Assembly (NCBI GenBank): GCA_030526265.1
Contig: JAUNDE010000008.1
Span: 8,943-72,942, forward strand
Length of the DNA: 64,000 nt
From: Eubacteriales bacterium
Lineage (GTDB): Bacteria; Bacillota; Clostridia; Lachnospirales; Lachnospiraceae
Direction of reading: 5' to 3'
The position numbers and the translations under genes were made by a program. The notes beneath the pieces were generated by a model. The model saw only the letters and a list, made by a program, of their open reading frames with translations, made no database searches and was not told the origin of the DNA. Positions 48,611-58,657 of the stretch are shown here, in pieces (the stretch's first letter is position 1; every line of letters starts with the position of its first letter).

Positions 48611-48640
48611 GGGCACTTGTGAAATCAAGTGCCCTTTTTA
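48611..48640 (+). terminator. Terminator of the toxin transcript, overlapping the antisense promoter
   Basis: GGGCACTTG-TGAAAT-CAAGTGCCC followed by TTTTT. Confidence 0.8.
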
Positions 48641-48666
48641 TTTTTTGTTCAGATTTACTCTATACA

Positions 48667-49038
48667 TTATCTCTTCGCTGGAATGATCTCGAGCCAGTAT
48701 CCGTCCGGATCTGTGATGAAATAGATGCCCATCGCTTTATTTTCGAAGCAGATGCATCCCATCGCTTCGTGTTTTGCGTGAGCAGCTTCGTAGTCATCTA
48801 CAGAAAATGCGAGATGGAATTCGCAGTCGCCGAGGTCGTATGGTCTGTCCATATCCCGAAGCCATGTGAGCTCCAGTTCAAAGTCGGACTCTTCGTTTGC
48901 TACATAGACGATGATGAAAGAGCCGTCTTCGGCTGTTTTTCTTCTTGTCTCTTTCAGACCGAGTGCTTCATCGTAGAATTTCAGTGACTTGTCTAAATCT
49001 GCTACATTGTAATTTTCGTGAATCATTTTAAATTTCAT
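48667..49038 (-). CDS. gloA: Lactoylglutathione lyase (glyoxalase I)/VOC family protein
   Basis: HENYNV.DLDKSL.FY..ALGL, ELELTW, HLAF and FITDPDGYWLEI. Start at ATG 49038. Confidence 0.82.
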   Translation of the reverse strand: MKFKMIHENYNVADLDKSLKFYDEALGLKETRRKTAEDGSFIIVYVANEESDFELELTWLRDMDRPYDLGDCEFHLAFSVDDYEAAHAKHEAMGCICFENKAMGIYFITDPDGYWLEIIPAKR

Positions 49039-49735
49039 AATCTTCATTCTCCTTTTCTATCATATGAATCGCAGTGTCCGGATGAAATGCTTCCGTGTAT
49101 TTCGCTATGATATCGTACTGCTCCCAGAAATGCATCGGGAAAACGTGTTCTGCACATGTCGTTTCCAGGAAATAATTCATTCCATAGCAAAAGGCATCTT
49201 CAAGCCTCGGATCGAGCGGGACGAAGGCCACTTTAAAATGCCAGCCGGCGAGCTTGTCGATCTCCCGCTTGTAGTTCACTTCCATGTTCCGGTTCCATGC
49301 GAGCGGCTCGCCCTCCCAGTGCCACCAGTTCAGATCACCTGCGTGATAAATTGATGTTCCGTCTGTTTCCCTGATCGCAAAAGCAGCTCCCTCATCGGTG
49401 GATTTCAGCGACAGGATACTGCATGACGGAAGAGTAAAGGTCTGTCCGCATTCCGCCCAGATCACCTTGTCAGCCACTTCATCCGGGAGTGAAAACCGCT
49501 TCTTTTTCAGGACCTTTCGGATATCTGTTCCGAAGATGTAGGCATTTGCCTGTTCTGATAACGGATGTTCCAAAATCATTTTGTCAAAGTGGTCTGCATG
49601 TGCATGACTTGCAAAAATATAGAGCGGTTTTTCCGGTTTCAAAACGGGGAGATTTCCCTTGATATAGTCAAACAGATAATATGCAAGTTCTGTTTCTGCG
49701 AGAAATCCGCTGTGCGAAAGATAACGTATGTTCAT
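49028..49735 (-). CDS. MBL-fold metallo-hydrolase
   Basis: YLSHSGF, ASHAHADHF (HxHxDH), STDEG and IYHAGDLN. Start at ATG 49735 (MNIRYL). Confidence 0.85.
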   Translation of the reverse strand: MNIRYLSHSGFLAETELAYYLFDYIKGNLPVLKPEKPLYIFASHAHADHFDKMILEHPLSEQANAYIFGTDIRKVLKKKRFSLPDEVADKVIWAECGQTFTLPSCSILSLKSTDEGAAFAIRETDGTSIYHAGDLNWWHWEGEPLAWNRNMEVNYKREIDKLAGWHFKVAFVPLDPRLEDAFCYGMNYFLETTCAEHVFPMHFWEQYDIIAKYTEAFHPDTAIHMIEKENEDYEI

Positions 49736-49991
49736 TTTCTGTCCCTCCGGAGTTCTTTGAACGGCACATGGAAATGGAGTGATCGAGCGTGATTTCTGTG
49801 CCGAATTTATCTGTATTATATCCTGTATTGGAAGAATATTCAAATGATTCATCCAGCTTCCTTCGGGTGATCCGCATTCATTCTGTCATAATAAAAAAGA
49901 TTGTATATTTTTCGGAACAAGTAGGACAAAATATTAACAATGTGTTACTCTATGGGCGTACAAAAAACAGAAAAAAAGGAGAATATAAAAA

Positions 49992-52259
49992 ATGATTAAT
50001 CCAAAGACAATTGATTACCCGGAATGGGCTGGTTTTCTTGGAAATGACTGGAAATACAGTGTGAATGTCAGAGACTTTATTCAGACAAACTACCAGCCAT
50101 ATGATGGAAATGAAGATTTCCTGGAAGGTCCAACAGAGGCAACAGATAAGCTTTGGGGACGTTTGCAGGAACTTCAGAAAGAAGAACGCGCGAAGGGTGG
50201 AGTGCTTGACATGGATACAGATGTTGTGTCTTCCCTCACTTCACACGGACCGGGATATATAGATGAATCCATGAAAGAACTCGAGCAGGTCGTAGGTCTT
50301 CAGACAGACAAGCCGCTCAAACGTGCATTTATGCCATACGGTGGTATCGCAATGGCTGAGAAATCTCTCAAGATGTACGGATATGAGCCAAGCGAAAAAA
50401 TGCATGAGATTTTCACAAAATACCACAAGACACACAATCAGGGAGTATTTGACATCTACACACCTGAGATGAAGCTTGCCCGCCACAATAAGATCCTTAC
50501 AGGTCTTCCGGACACATACGGACGCGGACGTATCGTCGGGGATTACCGCCGTGTCGCTCTCTATGGTATCGATGCCCTTATTGCATACAAAGAGAATGAT
50601 TTCGCCGCTACAAACCGTCACGGTATGCGCCGTTATGACTTCCAGCTCAGAGAGGAGATCACAGACCAGATCAACGCGCTGAAGGGAATGAAAGAAATGG
50701 CAGCAATCTACGGATATGACATTTCCCGTCCTGCAAAAAATGCAAAAGAAGCATTCCAGTGGCTGTACTTCGGATACCTCGCAGCGATCAAGACTCAGAA
50801 CGGAGCTGCAATGAGTGTCGGACGTGTGTCTACATTCCTCGATATCTATATTCAGAGAGATCTGGAGAGCGGAACACTCACAGAGAAAGAAGCTCAGGAG
50901 CTTGTAGATCATATCGTAATGAAATTCCGTATGGTGAAGTTCGCAAGACCGGATTCATACAATCAGCTGTTCTCCGGTGACCCGGTATGGGCAACACTTG
51001 AAGTTGCAGGTAAAGGACTTGACGGACGTCATATGGTCACAAAGACAGACTACCGTTTCCTTCAGACACTGATCAACATGGGACCTTCACCGGAACCAAA
51101 CCTTACTGTACTTTACTCTTCAGCGCTTCCGGAGAACTTCCGTAAGTTTGCTTCGAAGATCTCGATCGAGACAAGCTCTGTACAGTACGAAAACGATGAT
51201 GTCATGAGAGTAGAATGGGGCGATGACTATTCCATCTGCTGCTGTGTATCTGCGACAGAGACAGGTAAAGAGCTTCAGTTCTTCGGCGCCCGTGCAAACC
51301 TTGCAAAGTGTCTTCTTTACGCGATCAACGGTGGTGTTGACGAGAAGACAGGTCAGCAGGTAGGTCCGGAGTACAAGGCGATCACAAGTGAATATCTTGA
51401 CTTCGATGAAGTTACAAAGAGATTTGACGATATGCTTGACTGGCTTGCACACCTCTATGTTGGAACACTGAACATGATTCACTATATGCATGACAAATAT
51501 TACTATGAGGCTGCTCAGATGGCATTGATCGACTCACACGTGCGCCGTTCATTTGCGACAGGTATCGCAGGATTCTCACACTGTGTAGACTCATTGTCAG
51601 CGATCAAATATGCGAAAGTAAAACCGATCAGAAATGAGAAGGGAATCGCAGTTGATTTCGAGATCGAAGGTGATTTCCCGCGTTACGGAAATGACGACGA
51701 CAGAGCAGATAAGATCGCGGTTGAACTGCTCAACGATTTCATGCACAAGCTTCGTCACATTCACACATACAGAGATTCAAAAGCTACAACATCAATCCTT
51801 ACAATCACATCAAATGTTGTATATGGTAAGGCGACAGGATCTCTTCCGGATGGTAGAAAAGCAGGAGAACCACTTTCTCCTGGAGCAAATCCGTCATACG
51901 GAGCAGAGCAGAATGGTCTTCTTGCTTCCCTTAACTCTGTTGCGAAGCTTCCGTATGAGCAGGCGCTTGACGGAATCTCAAATACACAGACGATCAACCC
52001 TGAGGCACTTGGAAATACAGCAGATGAGAGAGTTGAGAATCTCGTGAACGTACTTGACGGATACTTCGATCAGGGAGCACATCACCTGAATGTCAATGTA
52101 TTCGGAAAAGAGAAACTCATCGATGCGATGGAACACCCGGAGAAGGAAGAATACGCAAACTTCACAATCCGTGTATCCGGATATGCGGTTAAGTTCATTG
52201 ATCTTACAAGAGAGCAGCAGCTTGATGTAATCTCAAGAACCTGCCACGCAGCAATGTAA
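49992..52259 (+). CDS. pflB: Pyruvate formate-lyase (formate C-acetyltransferase)
   Basis: [24 protein letters not shown] active-site cysteines and TIRVSGYAV glycyl-radical motif. Confidence 0.97.
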   Translation: MINPKTIDYPEWAGFLGNDWKYSVNVRDFIQTNYQPYDGNEDFLEGPTEATDKLWGRLQELQKEERAKGGVLDMDTDVVSSLTSHGPGYIDESMKELEQVVGLQTDKPLKRAFMPYGGIAMAEKSLKMYGYEPSEKMHEIFTKYHKTHNQGVFDIYTPEMKLARHNKILTGLPDTYGRGRIVGDYRRVALYGIDALIAYKENDFAATNRHGMRRYDFQLREEITDQINALKGMKEMAAIYGYDISRPAKNAKEAFQWLYFGYLAAIKTQNGAAMSVGRVSTFLDIYIQRDLESGTLTEKEAQELVDHIVMKFRMVKFARPDSYNQLFSGDPVWATLEVAGKGLDGRHMVTKTDYRFLQTLINMGPSPEPNLTVLYSSALPENFRKFASKISIETSSVQYENDDVMRVEWGDDYSICCCVSATETGKELQFFGARANLAKCLLYAINGGVDEKTGQQVGPEYKAITSEYLDFDEVTKRFDDMLDWLAHLYVGTLNMIHYMHDKYYYEAAQMALIDSHVRRSFATGIAGFSHCVDSLSAIKYAKVKPIRNEKGIAVDFEIEGDFPRYGNDDDRADKIAVELLNDFMHKLRHIHTYRDSKATTSILTITSNVVYGKATGSLPDGRKAGEPLSPGANPSYGAEQNGLLASLNSVAKLPYEQALDGISNTQTINPEALGNTADERVENLVNVLDGYFDQGAHHLNVNVFGKEKLIDAMEHPEKEEYANFTIRVSGYAVKFIDLTREQQLDVISRTCHAAM

Positions 52260-52282
52260 TCGGTTCATCGATTCGATACAGA

Positions 52283-53038
52283 ATGGGAAATGCAATGTCA
52301 GAAATGAATGTAAAAGGATATGTGCATTCACTGGAAAGCTTCGGGTCGGCAGACGGCCCGGGTGTGCGCTATGTGATCTTCCTGAGCGGATGCCATATGA
52401 GATGTCAGTACTGCCACAATCCGGACACATGGAAAGTGGGAGCAGGAAAAGAATATACGCCGGATGAACTTTTGAAAACGGCACTGAAATACCGTGCTTA
52501 CTGGAAAAAGGACGGTGGGATCACAGTGAGCGGCGGAGAGCCGCTCCTGCAGATCGACTTTCTGATCGAGCTGTTCCGCAGGGCGAAACAGCAGAGAGTT
52601 CACACCGTGATCGACACAAGCGGGAATCCATTTACAAGGAAAGAGCCGTTCTTTGGTAAGTGGAAAGAGCTGATGAAGTACACAGACCTCGTGCTTCTGG
52701 ATATCAAACACATCGACGATGTGAAGCACAGGGAACTGACGGGACAGACGAATGAGAATATCCTCGATATGGCACGGGCGCTGAATGAGATCGGGAAGCC
52801 GGTCTGGATCAGGCACGTCCTCGTTCCGGAGCGGACGGATGATGATGAGAGTCTCGGACGACTTTCGGATTTCCTCGCACAGATGGACAACATTGAGCGA
52901 ATTGATGTACTTCCGTACCACACACTCGGAACATTCAAGTGGAAAGAACTCGGAGTGCCTTATCAGCTCGAAGGAATCTCACCGCCTGGTGCAGAGCGGG
53001 TAGAGAACGCAAAGCAGATACTGCGCTGCGGAAAGTAA
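52283..53038 (+). CDS. pflA: Pyruvate formate-lyase activating enzyme
   Basis: SADGPGVR, GCHMRCQYCHNPDTW, GITVSGGEPLLQ and LPYHTLG; the true start may be at 52295 or later. Confidence 0.96.
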   Translation: MGNAMSEMNVKGYVHSLESFGSADGPGVRYVIFLSGCHMRCQYCHNPDTWKVGAGKEYTPDELLKTALKYRAYWKKDGGITVSGGEPLLQIDFLIELFRRAKQQRVHTVIDTSGNPFTRKEPFFGKWKELMKYTDLVLLDIKHIDDVKHRELTGQTNENILDMARALNEIGKPVWIRHVLVPERTDDDESLGRLSDFLAQMDNIERIDVLPYHTLGTFKWKELGVPYQLEGISPPGAERVENAKQILRCGK

Positions 53039-53072
53039 CATCATTCATTGACAGGGAAACAAAAACACAGAT

Positions 53073-53106
53073 GAAGCTCTCGATGCCAGCGTTGAGAGCT
53101 TCTTTT
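53073..53106 (+). terminator. Intrinsic terminator after pflA
   Basis: GAAGCTCTCGA/TTGAGAGCTTC followed by TTTT. Confidence 0.8.
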
Positions 53107-53154
53107 CTGTAACGGGGAAATGCTCCGAAATTCCTCTGTTACAGAAAGCATGCT

Positions 53155-54075
53155 GTGTGTGACGATGCTGTATCAACAGGAGAGGAGAGGGTTTTTACGA
53201 AGACAAATAGAAAAAATGTGCTATATTTACATATTGCGGTTATGTTGTTTGGACTGGCAGGAGTGATCGGTCAGTTTGTTGAAGTTCCGGCGGTAATGGT
53301 CGCATTCGGACGAGTGGTGTGTTCTTCCTTGCTGCTGCTTTTGATATCGCTTGTAAAGAGAGAATCATTAAAACTGGAATGCAGAAAAGATTATGCCTTT
53401 ATCATACTGACTGGTCTTGTGATGGCGATACACTGGACGACTTTTTTTCAATCGATCCAGGTATCTTCGGTGGCGATCGGAACAATCACGTTTTCTACAT
53501 TTCCGCTGTTTTTGACCTTTATGGAACCAATCGTGTTTCATGAGAAACTTCATGTGAAGAGCATTCTTTGTGCCATAGTTCTTCTGATCGGCGTTGTGAT
53601 CACGATTCCGAGATTTTCGCTGGAAAATCAGACGACGGTAGGAATTATATGGGGAATGATCTGCAGTCTGACATATGCTGTCATGACACTTGCCAATCGC
53701 TATTTTTCTTCTAAATATTCCGGCAGGACGATCTGTTTTTATGAGCAGGCTTCGGCAGCAGTCTTTCTCCTGCCGGCAGCATTTGTGGTGAATGTTCACT
53801 GGAGAGTACAGGATATTGCAGGAGTAGCAGTTCTTGGATTTGTATGTACGGCTTTTGCATATTCTCTGTATGTGTCGGCGCAGAAGGGCGTGAAGGCTCA
53901 GACAGCAGGAATTATCTCGGGAATGGAAACCGTATATGGAATTGTATATGCGTTTTTGATTCTGGGAGAGATTCCGGCAGGAAGAGAGATCGTCGGCGGT
54001 GCTGTTATTTTGGGTGTGGCATTGTATTCTTCCCTCCAAAAAGAAAATGGTAAAAATAAGAATGATCAGCAATAA
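53155..54075 (+). CDS. DMT/EamA family transporter
   Basis: Ten hydrophobic segments in two repeats, with HWTTFFQS, TFPLFLTFMEP and METVYG; start uncertain. Confidence 0.88.
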   Translation: MCDDAVSTGEERVFTKTNRKNVLYLHIAVMLFGLAGVIGQFVEVPAVMVAFGRVVCSSLLLLLISLVKRESLKLECRKDYAFIILTGLVMAIHWTTFFQSIQVSSVAIGTITFSTFPLFLTFMEPIVFHEKLHVKSILCAIVLLIGVVITIPRFSLENQTTVGIIWGMICSLTYAVMTLANRYFSSKYSGRTICFYEQASAAVFLLPAAFVVNVHWRVQDIAGVAVLGFVCTAFAYSLYVSAQKGVKAQTAGIISGMETVYGIVYAFLILGEIPAGREIVGGAVILGVALYSSLQKENGKNKNDQQ

Positions 54076-54078
54076 AAT

Positions 54079-54111
54079 AATCGAGCCATCCGTTCACCGG
54101 ATGGCTCGATT
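54079..54111. terminator. Bidirectional terminator
   Basis: AATCGAGCCATCCG-TTCAC-CGGATGGCTCGATT between convergent genes. Confidence 0.8.
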
Positions 54112-54134
54112 TGTCAATGCGTATAGTTCGGTAA

Positions 54135-55397
54135 TTAAGATTCTTTGAACACATTCACGTCCATAGATTTGTTCTGGTATGAAACGATCGTTGTACATAC
54201 AGCATCACCTGTGATATTGACAGCGGTACGCATCATGTCAAGGATACGGTCGATACCCATGATAAGAGCGATACCCTCTGTCGGAAGTCCAACGGAATTC
54301 AGCACCATCGCAAGTGTTACAAGACCTACGGAAGGAACTCCTGCTGTTCCGATCGAAGCAATCGTCGCTGTGGCAACAACGGTAAGGAGCTGTGCAGGTG
54401 TAAGAGAAATTCCGTATACCTGAGCGATGAAGATAACTGCCACACCCTGCATGATGGATGTACCGTCCATGTTAACGGTTGCGCCAAGAGGGATCGTGAA
54501 GGAAGAAATCTTCTTGGAAACGCCCATCTTCTTCGACAATGTGTCGATCGACATCGGGATGGTTGCGTTTGATGTTGCTGTTGTAAATGCGAACATCATA
54601 ACCGGCGCGAATTTCTTCAGGAACTTCATCGGGTTGAGTCTCGTAAATACAAACAGCAGGATCTGGTATACGATAAAGCACTGAACGGCGAGAGCGAATG
54701 TTACAGATCCCATGTACTTGAGCATCGGAAGGAACGCGCTGAATCCGATCTCTGAAAATGTCTTCGCGATCAGACAGAACACACCGATCGGTGCGAGCTT
54801 CATGACCGCCATTGTCATTTCCATCATCAGGTCATTGAACTGGCTGAAGAAATTTGAAACAGTGGAAGCCTTGCCGCCAAGTTTCGCGAGCAGTACGCCG
54901 ACGAACAGTGCGAATACGATCGTTGGGAGCATATCGCCGTTGGCCATGGCGCCGATTGGGTTCTTCGGGATGATGTTCAGAAGCGTGTCAGCGAATTTGG
55001 CTGTCTCTGCTGCGGTTACCTCTGATTTCTCAACAGCATCCAGTGCGATGCCGTGACCCGGATTTACGACGAGAGCCGTCGCGAGCGCAACACATACGGC
55101 AAGAGCGGTCGTACACAGATAAAATCCGATCGTCTTTACGCCAACTTTACCGAGTGTTTTTGTGTCGCCAATCGCCATACTTCCGCATACGAGCGAGCAG
55201 AATACAAGCGGTACGACAAGCATCTGCATCAGACGGATGAATCCCTGGCCGACTACATAGAAAATACCGCCGACAAGGATCGTATCTTTAAAATATCCTG
55301 ACGGGACATAGTAGTGGATCAGTACACCGAGAAGGGCACCGGAGATCAGGGAAATGAAAATGATAGTCGAAAGACCCGGTTTTTTCTTTTCTTTCAT
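54135..55397 (-). CDS. Dicarboxylate/amino acid:cation symporter (DAACS)
   Basis: FIRLMQMLVVPLVF, AFTTATSNAT, PLGATVNMDG and DRILDMMRTAVNITGD. Confidence 0.95.
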   Translation of the reverse strand: MKEKKKPGLSTIIFISLISGALLGVLIHYYVPSGYFKDTILVGGIFYVVGQGFIRLMQMLVVPLVFCSLVCGSMAIGDTKTLGKVGVKTIGFYLCTTALAVCVALATALVVNPGHGIALDAVEKSEVTAAETAKFADTLLNIIPKNPIGAMANGDMLPTIVFALFVGVLLAKLGGKASTVSNFFSQFNDLMMEMTMAVMKLAPIGVFCLIAKTFSEIGFSAFLPMLKYMGSVTFALAVQCFIVYQILLFVFTRLNPMKFLKKFAPVMMFAFTTATSNATIPMSIDTLSKKMGVSKKISSFTIPLGATVNMDGTSIMQGVAVIFIAQVYGISLTPAQLLTVVATATIASIGTAGVPSVGLVTLAMVLNSVGLPTEGIALIMGIDRILDMMRTAVNITGDAVCTTIVSYQNKSMDVNVFKES

Positions 55398-56242
55398 TAT
55401 ACGTTTCCTCCTGTGTCATCTAAAAATTTTCTGAGTTCTTCTTTCCAGTCGCCTGGCTCTTCGATCTGATCAAGACGCAGCATCATCGTGTCAAGAACGG
55501 AATAGTTCGGGCGAATCCTGCCCTCCCCTTCTGTCGGGATCAGCTCAAGAGCGTCTGACTGACCTGTGAATTCAAGAATTGTTTTGGCAAATTCATAACG
55601 GCTGCAGCTTCCCTTGCTTACGATGTGATAAATACCGTAGAGATCATTGTCGATCAGGCGTTTGATCACGGAAGCGAGAGTGGAAGCGCTTGTCGGTGAA
55701 GACACCTGATTGATCGGTGCTTCGAGAGAACCTCCCTTTTTCGCAGCGCCCAGTACGAAATTGACATAGTCACGTCCGATGCCGTATACCCACGAGCTTC
55801 GAACGATCGCATAACGGTTGGAAAGGCTTGATACAAGCTGCTCTCCGGCGAGTTTTGATTTTCCATAGACAGAACATGGTTCTGTTGCATCGAATTCGCA
55901 ATGAGGAATGAGTTTCTCGTTTGCGAACACATCGTCTGTAGAAATCTGAATCAGTTTGCATTCGTGAGCGTCGGCCTCGATCGCGAGGTTTCGTGCACCG
56001 ATCGCATTTACGTGATAGGCAAGATCCGGGTTCTTTTCACATGTTTCCACATCAGTGATACCGGCGCAGTTGATGATTACGTCCGGTCTTGTGATACGCA
56101 TAAAGGATGCCACACTTTCGCGGTCTGTGACATCAACTTCATCGATATCTGTTTCAAATAATTCATATTCTGTACAGTCTAAAAGCCTGGCAAGAGCACT
56201 TCCGACATGCCCTTTTGCGCCAACGATCCATACCTTTGTCAT
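55397..56242 (-). CDS. RmlD/RfbD-like NAD(P)-dependent reductase (extended SDR)
   Basis: IVGAKGHVG, IINCAG, ISTDDVF, YGKSKLAGE (YxxxK), RSSWVYG and SPT. Start at ATG 56242 after GAGGAGA. Confidence 0.85.
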   Translation of the reverse strand: MTKVWIVGAKGHVGSALARLLDCTEYELFETDIDEVDVTDRESVASFMRITRPDVIINCAGITDVETCEKNPDLAYHVNAIGARNLAIEADAHECKLIQISTDDVFANEKLIPHCEFDATEPCSVYGKSKLAGEQLVSSLSNRYAIVRSSWVYGIGRDYVNFVLGAAKKGGSLEAPINQVSSPTSASTLASVIKRLIDNDLYGIYHIVSKGSCSRYEFAKTILEFTGQSDALELIPTEGEGRIRPNYSVLDTMMLRLDQIEEPGDWKEELRKFLDDTGGNV

Positions 56243-56527
56243 TTCTCCTCTCATGATTCATACACTCCTTTCATTCTAATATGTGAGTCTATTTTATTGT
56301 GATGCGGATGCTGTGTCAAGAAAATTTATAAGAGATGACATAATATGTAATAAGATTTTGATTTCGCATATTAATGCAGGATTCGACAAGAACAGTTGCA
56401 TTATAAAGTAAAAAGATTGTGAAAGGATTATTTAATGGAAAATTGCGCGATGTCGTTGATTTTCTAAAAAATAGCGAGTAGAATTTAAAGATGCAGTGAA
56501 AAACTTAGAAAATGGAGGTATTGGAAA

Positions 56528-57613
56528 ATGGATCAGGCTAAATTGGGTAAAATCCTTGAAAAAATGAACGAGCAGGGAATGCCGCAGATGATTATCTCAG
56601 ATCCACCGGCGATTTTTTATCTGACAGGAAAGTGGATCATTCCTGGAGAGAGAATGCTGGCTCTGTATTTGAATGTAAATGGCAATCACAAGCTCGTAAT
56701 CAATAAGCTGTTTCCACAGGAGAGAGATCTTGGTGTAGAGCTTGTATGGTATGATGATGTGGAGGATGCAGTTGAGATCCTCAGCCAGTTTGTTGAGAAA
56801 GACAAACCGATCGGTATCGATAAAGTATGGCCGGCAAGATTCCTTCTCCGTCTTCAGGAGCTTGGAGCAGGAAGCAAATTCCTCAATGGTTCCATGATCG
56901 TTGACTATGTTCGTATGATCAAGAACGAAGAAGAGCAGGAAAAGATGCGCAAGGCTTCTCTTGCGAATGATGAGATCATGGAAAAGCTGATCCCGCTTGT
57001 AGTGAAGGGATATGATGAGATCGAACTGAACAAGATCGTACGCGATATGTATGCAGAGACAGGTCATTCAGGAGTTTCGTTTGACCCGATCACAGGATAC
57101 GGTAAGTCAGGTGCAGACCCGCATCATGTGACAGACCACACGAAGGGTAAACGCGGTGATTCCGTAGTGCTTGACATCGGTGGTATTCTTGATGATTACT
57201 GCTCAGATATGACAAGAACCGTATTCATCGGAGAGGTTTCTGACAGAGCCCGTGAAGTATATGAAGTTGTTAAGGAAGCGCAGAGACTTGGTATCGAAGC
57301 AGCGAAACCGGGCAACAGAATGTGCGACGTTGACCTCGCCTGCAGAAATTATATCGAATCAAAAGGATTTGGCGAATACTTCACACACAGAACCGGTCAT
57401 TCCATCGGTATGGAAGATCATGAGTTCGGCGATGTTTCTTCTGTCAATGAAGACATCATTCAGGTAGGACAGGTATTCTCTATTGAGCCGGGTATCTACC
57501 TGCTGGATGAGGGAATCGGCGTTCGTATCGAGGACCTTGTACTGATTACAGAAGACGGATGTGAAGTTTTGAATAAGTTCACAAAAGATCTGATCGTTGT
57601 TCCGGAAGAGTAA
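56528..57613 (+). CDS. Xaa-Pro dipeptidase/peptidase (M24B, PepQ-like)
   Basis: LDIGG...YCSDMTRT, FTHRTGHSIGMEDHE, SIEPGIY and GVRIEDLV. Confidence 0.92.
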   Translation: MDQAKLGKILEKMNEQGMPQMIISDPPAIFYLTGKWIIPGERMLALYLNVNGNHKLVINKLFPQERDLGVELVWYDDVEDAVEILSQFVEKDKPIGIDKVWPARFLLRLQELGAGSKFLNGSMIVDYVRMIKNEEEQEKMRKASLANDEIMEKLIPLVVKGYDEIELNKIVRDMYAETGHSGVSFDPITGYGKSGADPHHVTDHTKGKRGDSVVLDIGGILDDYCSDMTRTVFIGEVSDRAREVYEVVKEAQRLGIEAAKPGNRMCDVDLACRNYIESKGFGEYFTHRTGHSIGMEDHEFGDVSSVNEDIIQVGQVFSIEPGIYLLDEGIGVRIEDLVLITEDGCEVLNKFTKDLIVVPEE

Positions 57614-57653
57614 GATATCTGATACGGAAATAATTAATATTAGAATGAGATTG

Positions 57654-57698
57654 GCACGATTGTTCAAATTATTTGTACAATCGTGCTATTTTGTTTTT
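57654..57698 (+). terminator. Intrinsic terminator after the peptidase gene
   Basis: GCACGATTGT/ACAATCGTGC followed by TATTTTGTTTTT. Confidence 0.7.
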
Positions 57699-57772
57699 GG
57701 CATATTGTATAAAAAAATAAAATTTGTTACATTTATTTTATAAAAAATAACGAAAATCATTAGGAAAGGGGG

Positions 57773-58507
57773 ATGAGTGAAATGAAAGTTTACAGAGTTC
57801 CGGATTATAAAACAATGAGCAGACTGGCAGCAAATATTCTCTCGGCACAGATCATTTCCAAACCGGACAGTGTACTTGGACTTGCGACAGGATCTACGCC
57901 GGAGGGAACTTATGCAAAGCTTGTTCAGTGGTATAACAATGGAGATCTGGATTTTTCAAAGATCGTGACAGTGAATCTTGATGAGTACAGAGGTCTTTCG
58001 GGAGATCATAATCAGAGCTACAAGTATTTCATGCACAAGCATCTGTTCGATAAGGTGAATATCGATCCTGCAAACACATATCTTCCAAACGGTCTTGCCG
58101 AAGATCCGCAGGAAGAGGGAAAGAGATATGACCGGTTGATCGAAGATCTTGGAGGAGTAGATATACAGCTTCTTGGTATGGGACATAACGGACACATCGG
58201 ATTCAATGAGCCGGGTACTCCGTTTGATATCGGAACACATTGTGTCGATCTTCACGAGACAACGATCCAGGCAAATCAGAGATTTTTTGATACTTATGAG
58301 GATGTTCCAAAACAGGCATATTCAATGGGAATCAAAACGATCATGAATGCGAGGAAGATTTTGATTCTTGTGAACGGAGAGGACAAGGCGGAGATTTTGA
58401 AAAAAGCATTTTATGGACCTGTGACACCGGAAGTACCTGCTTCGATCCTGCAGACTCATAAAGATGTGATCCTGATCGCCGATGATGCGGCAATGTCAAA
58501 AGTGTAA
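57773..58507 (+). CDS. nagB: Glucosamine-6-phosphate deaminase
   Basis: LGLATGSTP, NLDEY, QLLGMGHNGHIGFNEP, SMGIKTI and PASILQ.H. Confidence 0.97.
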   Translation: MSEMKVYRVPDYKTMSRLAANILSAQIISKPDSVLGLATGSTPEGTYAKLVQWYNNGDLDFSKIVTVNLDEYRGLSGDHNQSYKYFMHKHLFDKVNIDPANTYLPNGLAEDPQEEGKRYDRLIEDLGGVDIQLLGMGHNGHIGFNEPGTPFDIGTHCVDLHETTIQANQRFFDTYEDVPKQAYSMGIKTIMNARKILILVNGEDKAEILKKAFYGPVTPEVPASILQTHKDVILIADDAAMSKV

Positions 58508-58657
58508 AAGTGCACAAAGAAACAGAGGATAATATTGTCAAAAAAGAAACAAAAATGCAGATTGTACAAAGTTTAAAACTGATAAGATAAAGATATTTGT
58601 GCAAATCTGTGAGACAATAGAAAAAAGAGATTCTTAAAAGAAAAAAGGAGGAGAATT

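Noticed and set aside
49853-49991. ZTP (pfl) riboswitch or Rex operator upstream of pflB
   Set aside because: No pfl-motif consensus; only one Rex-like half-site (TTAACAA) with a poor left half.
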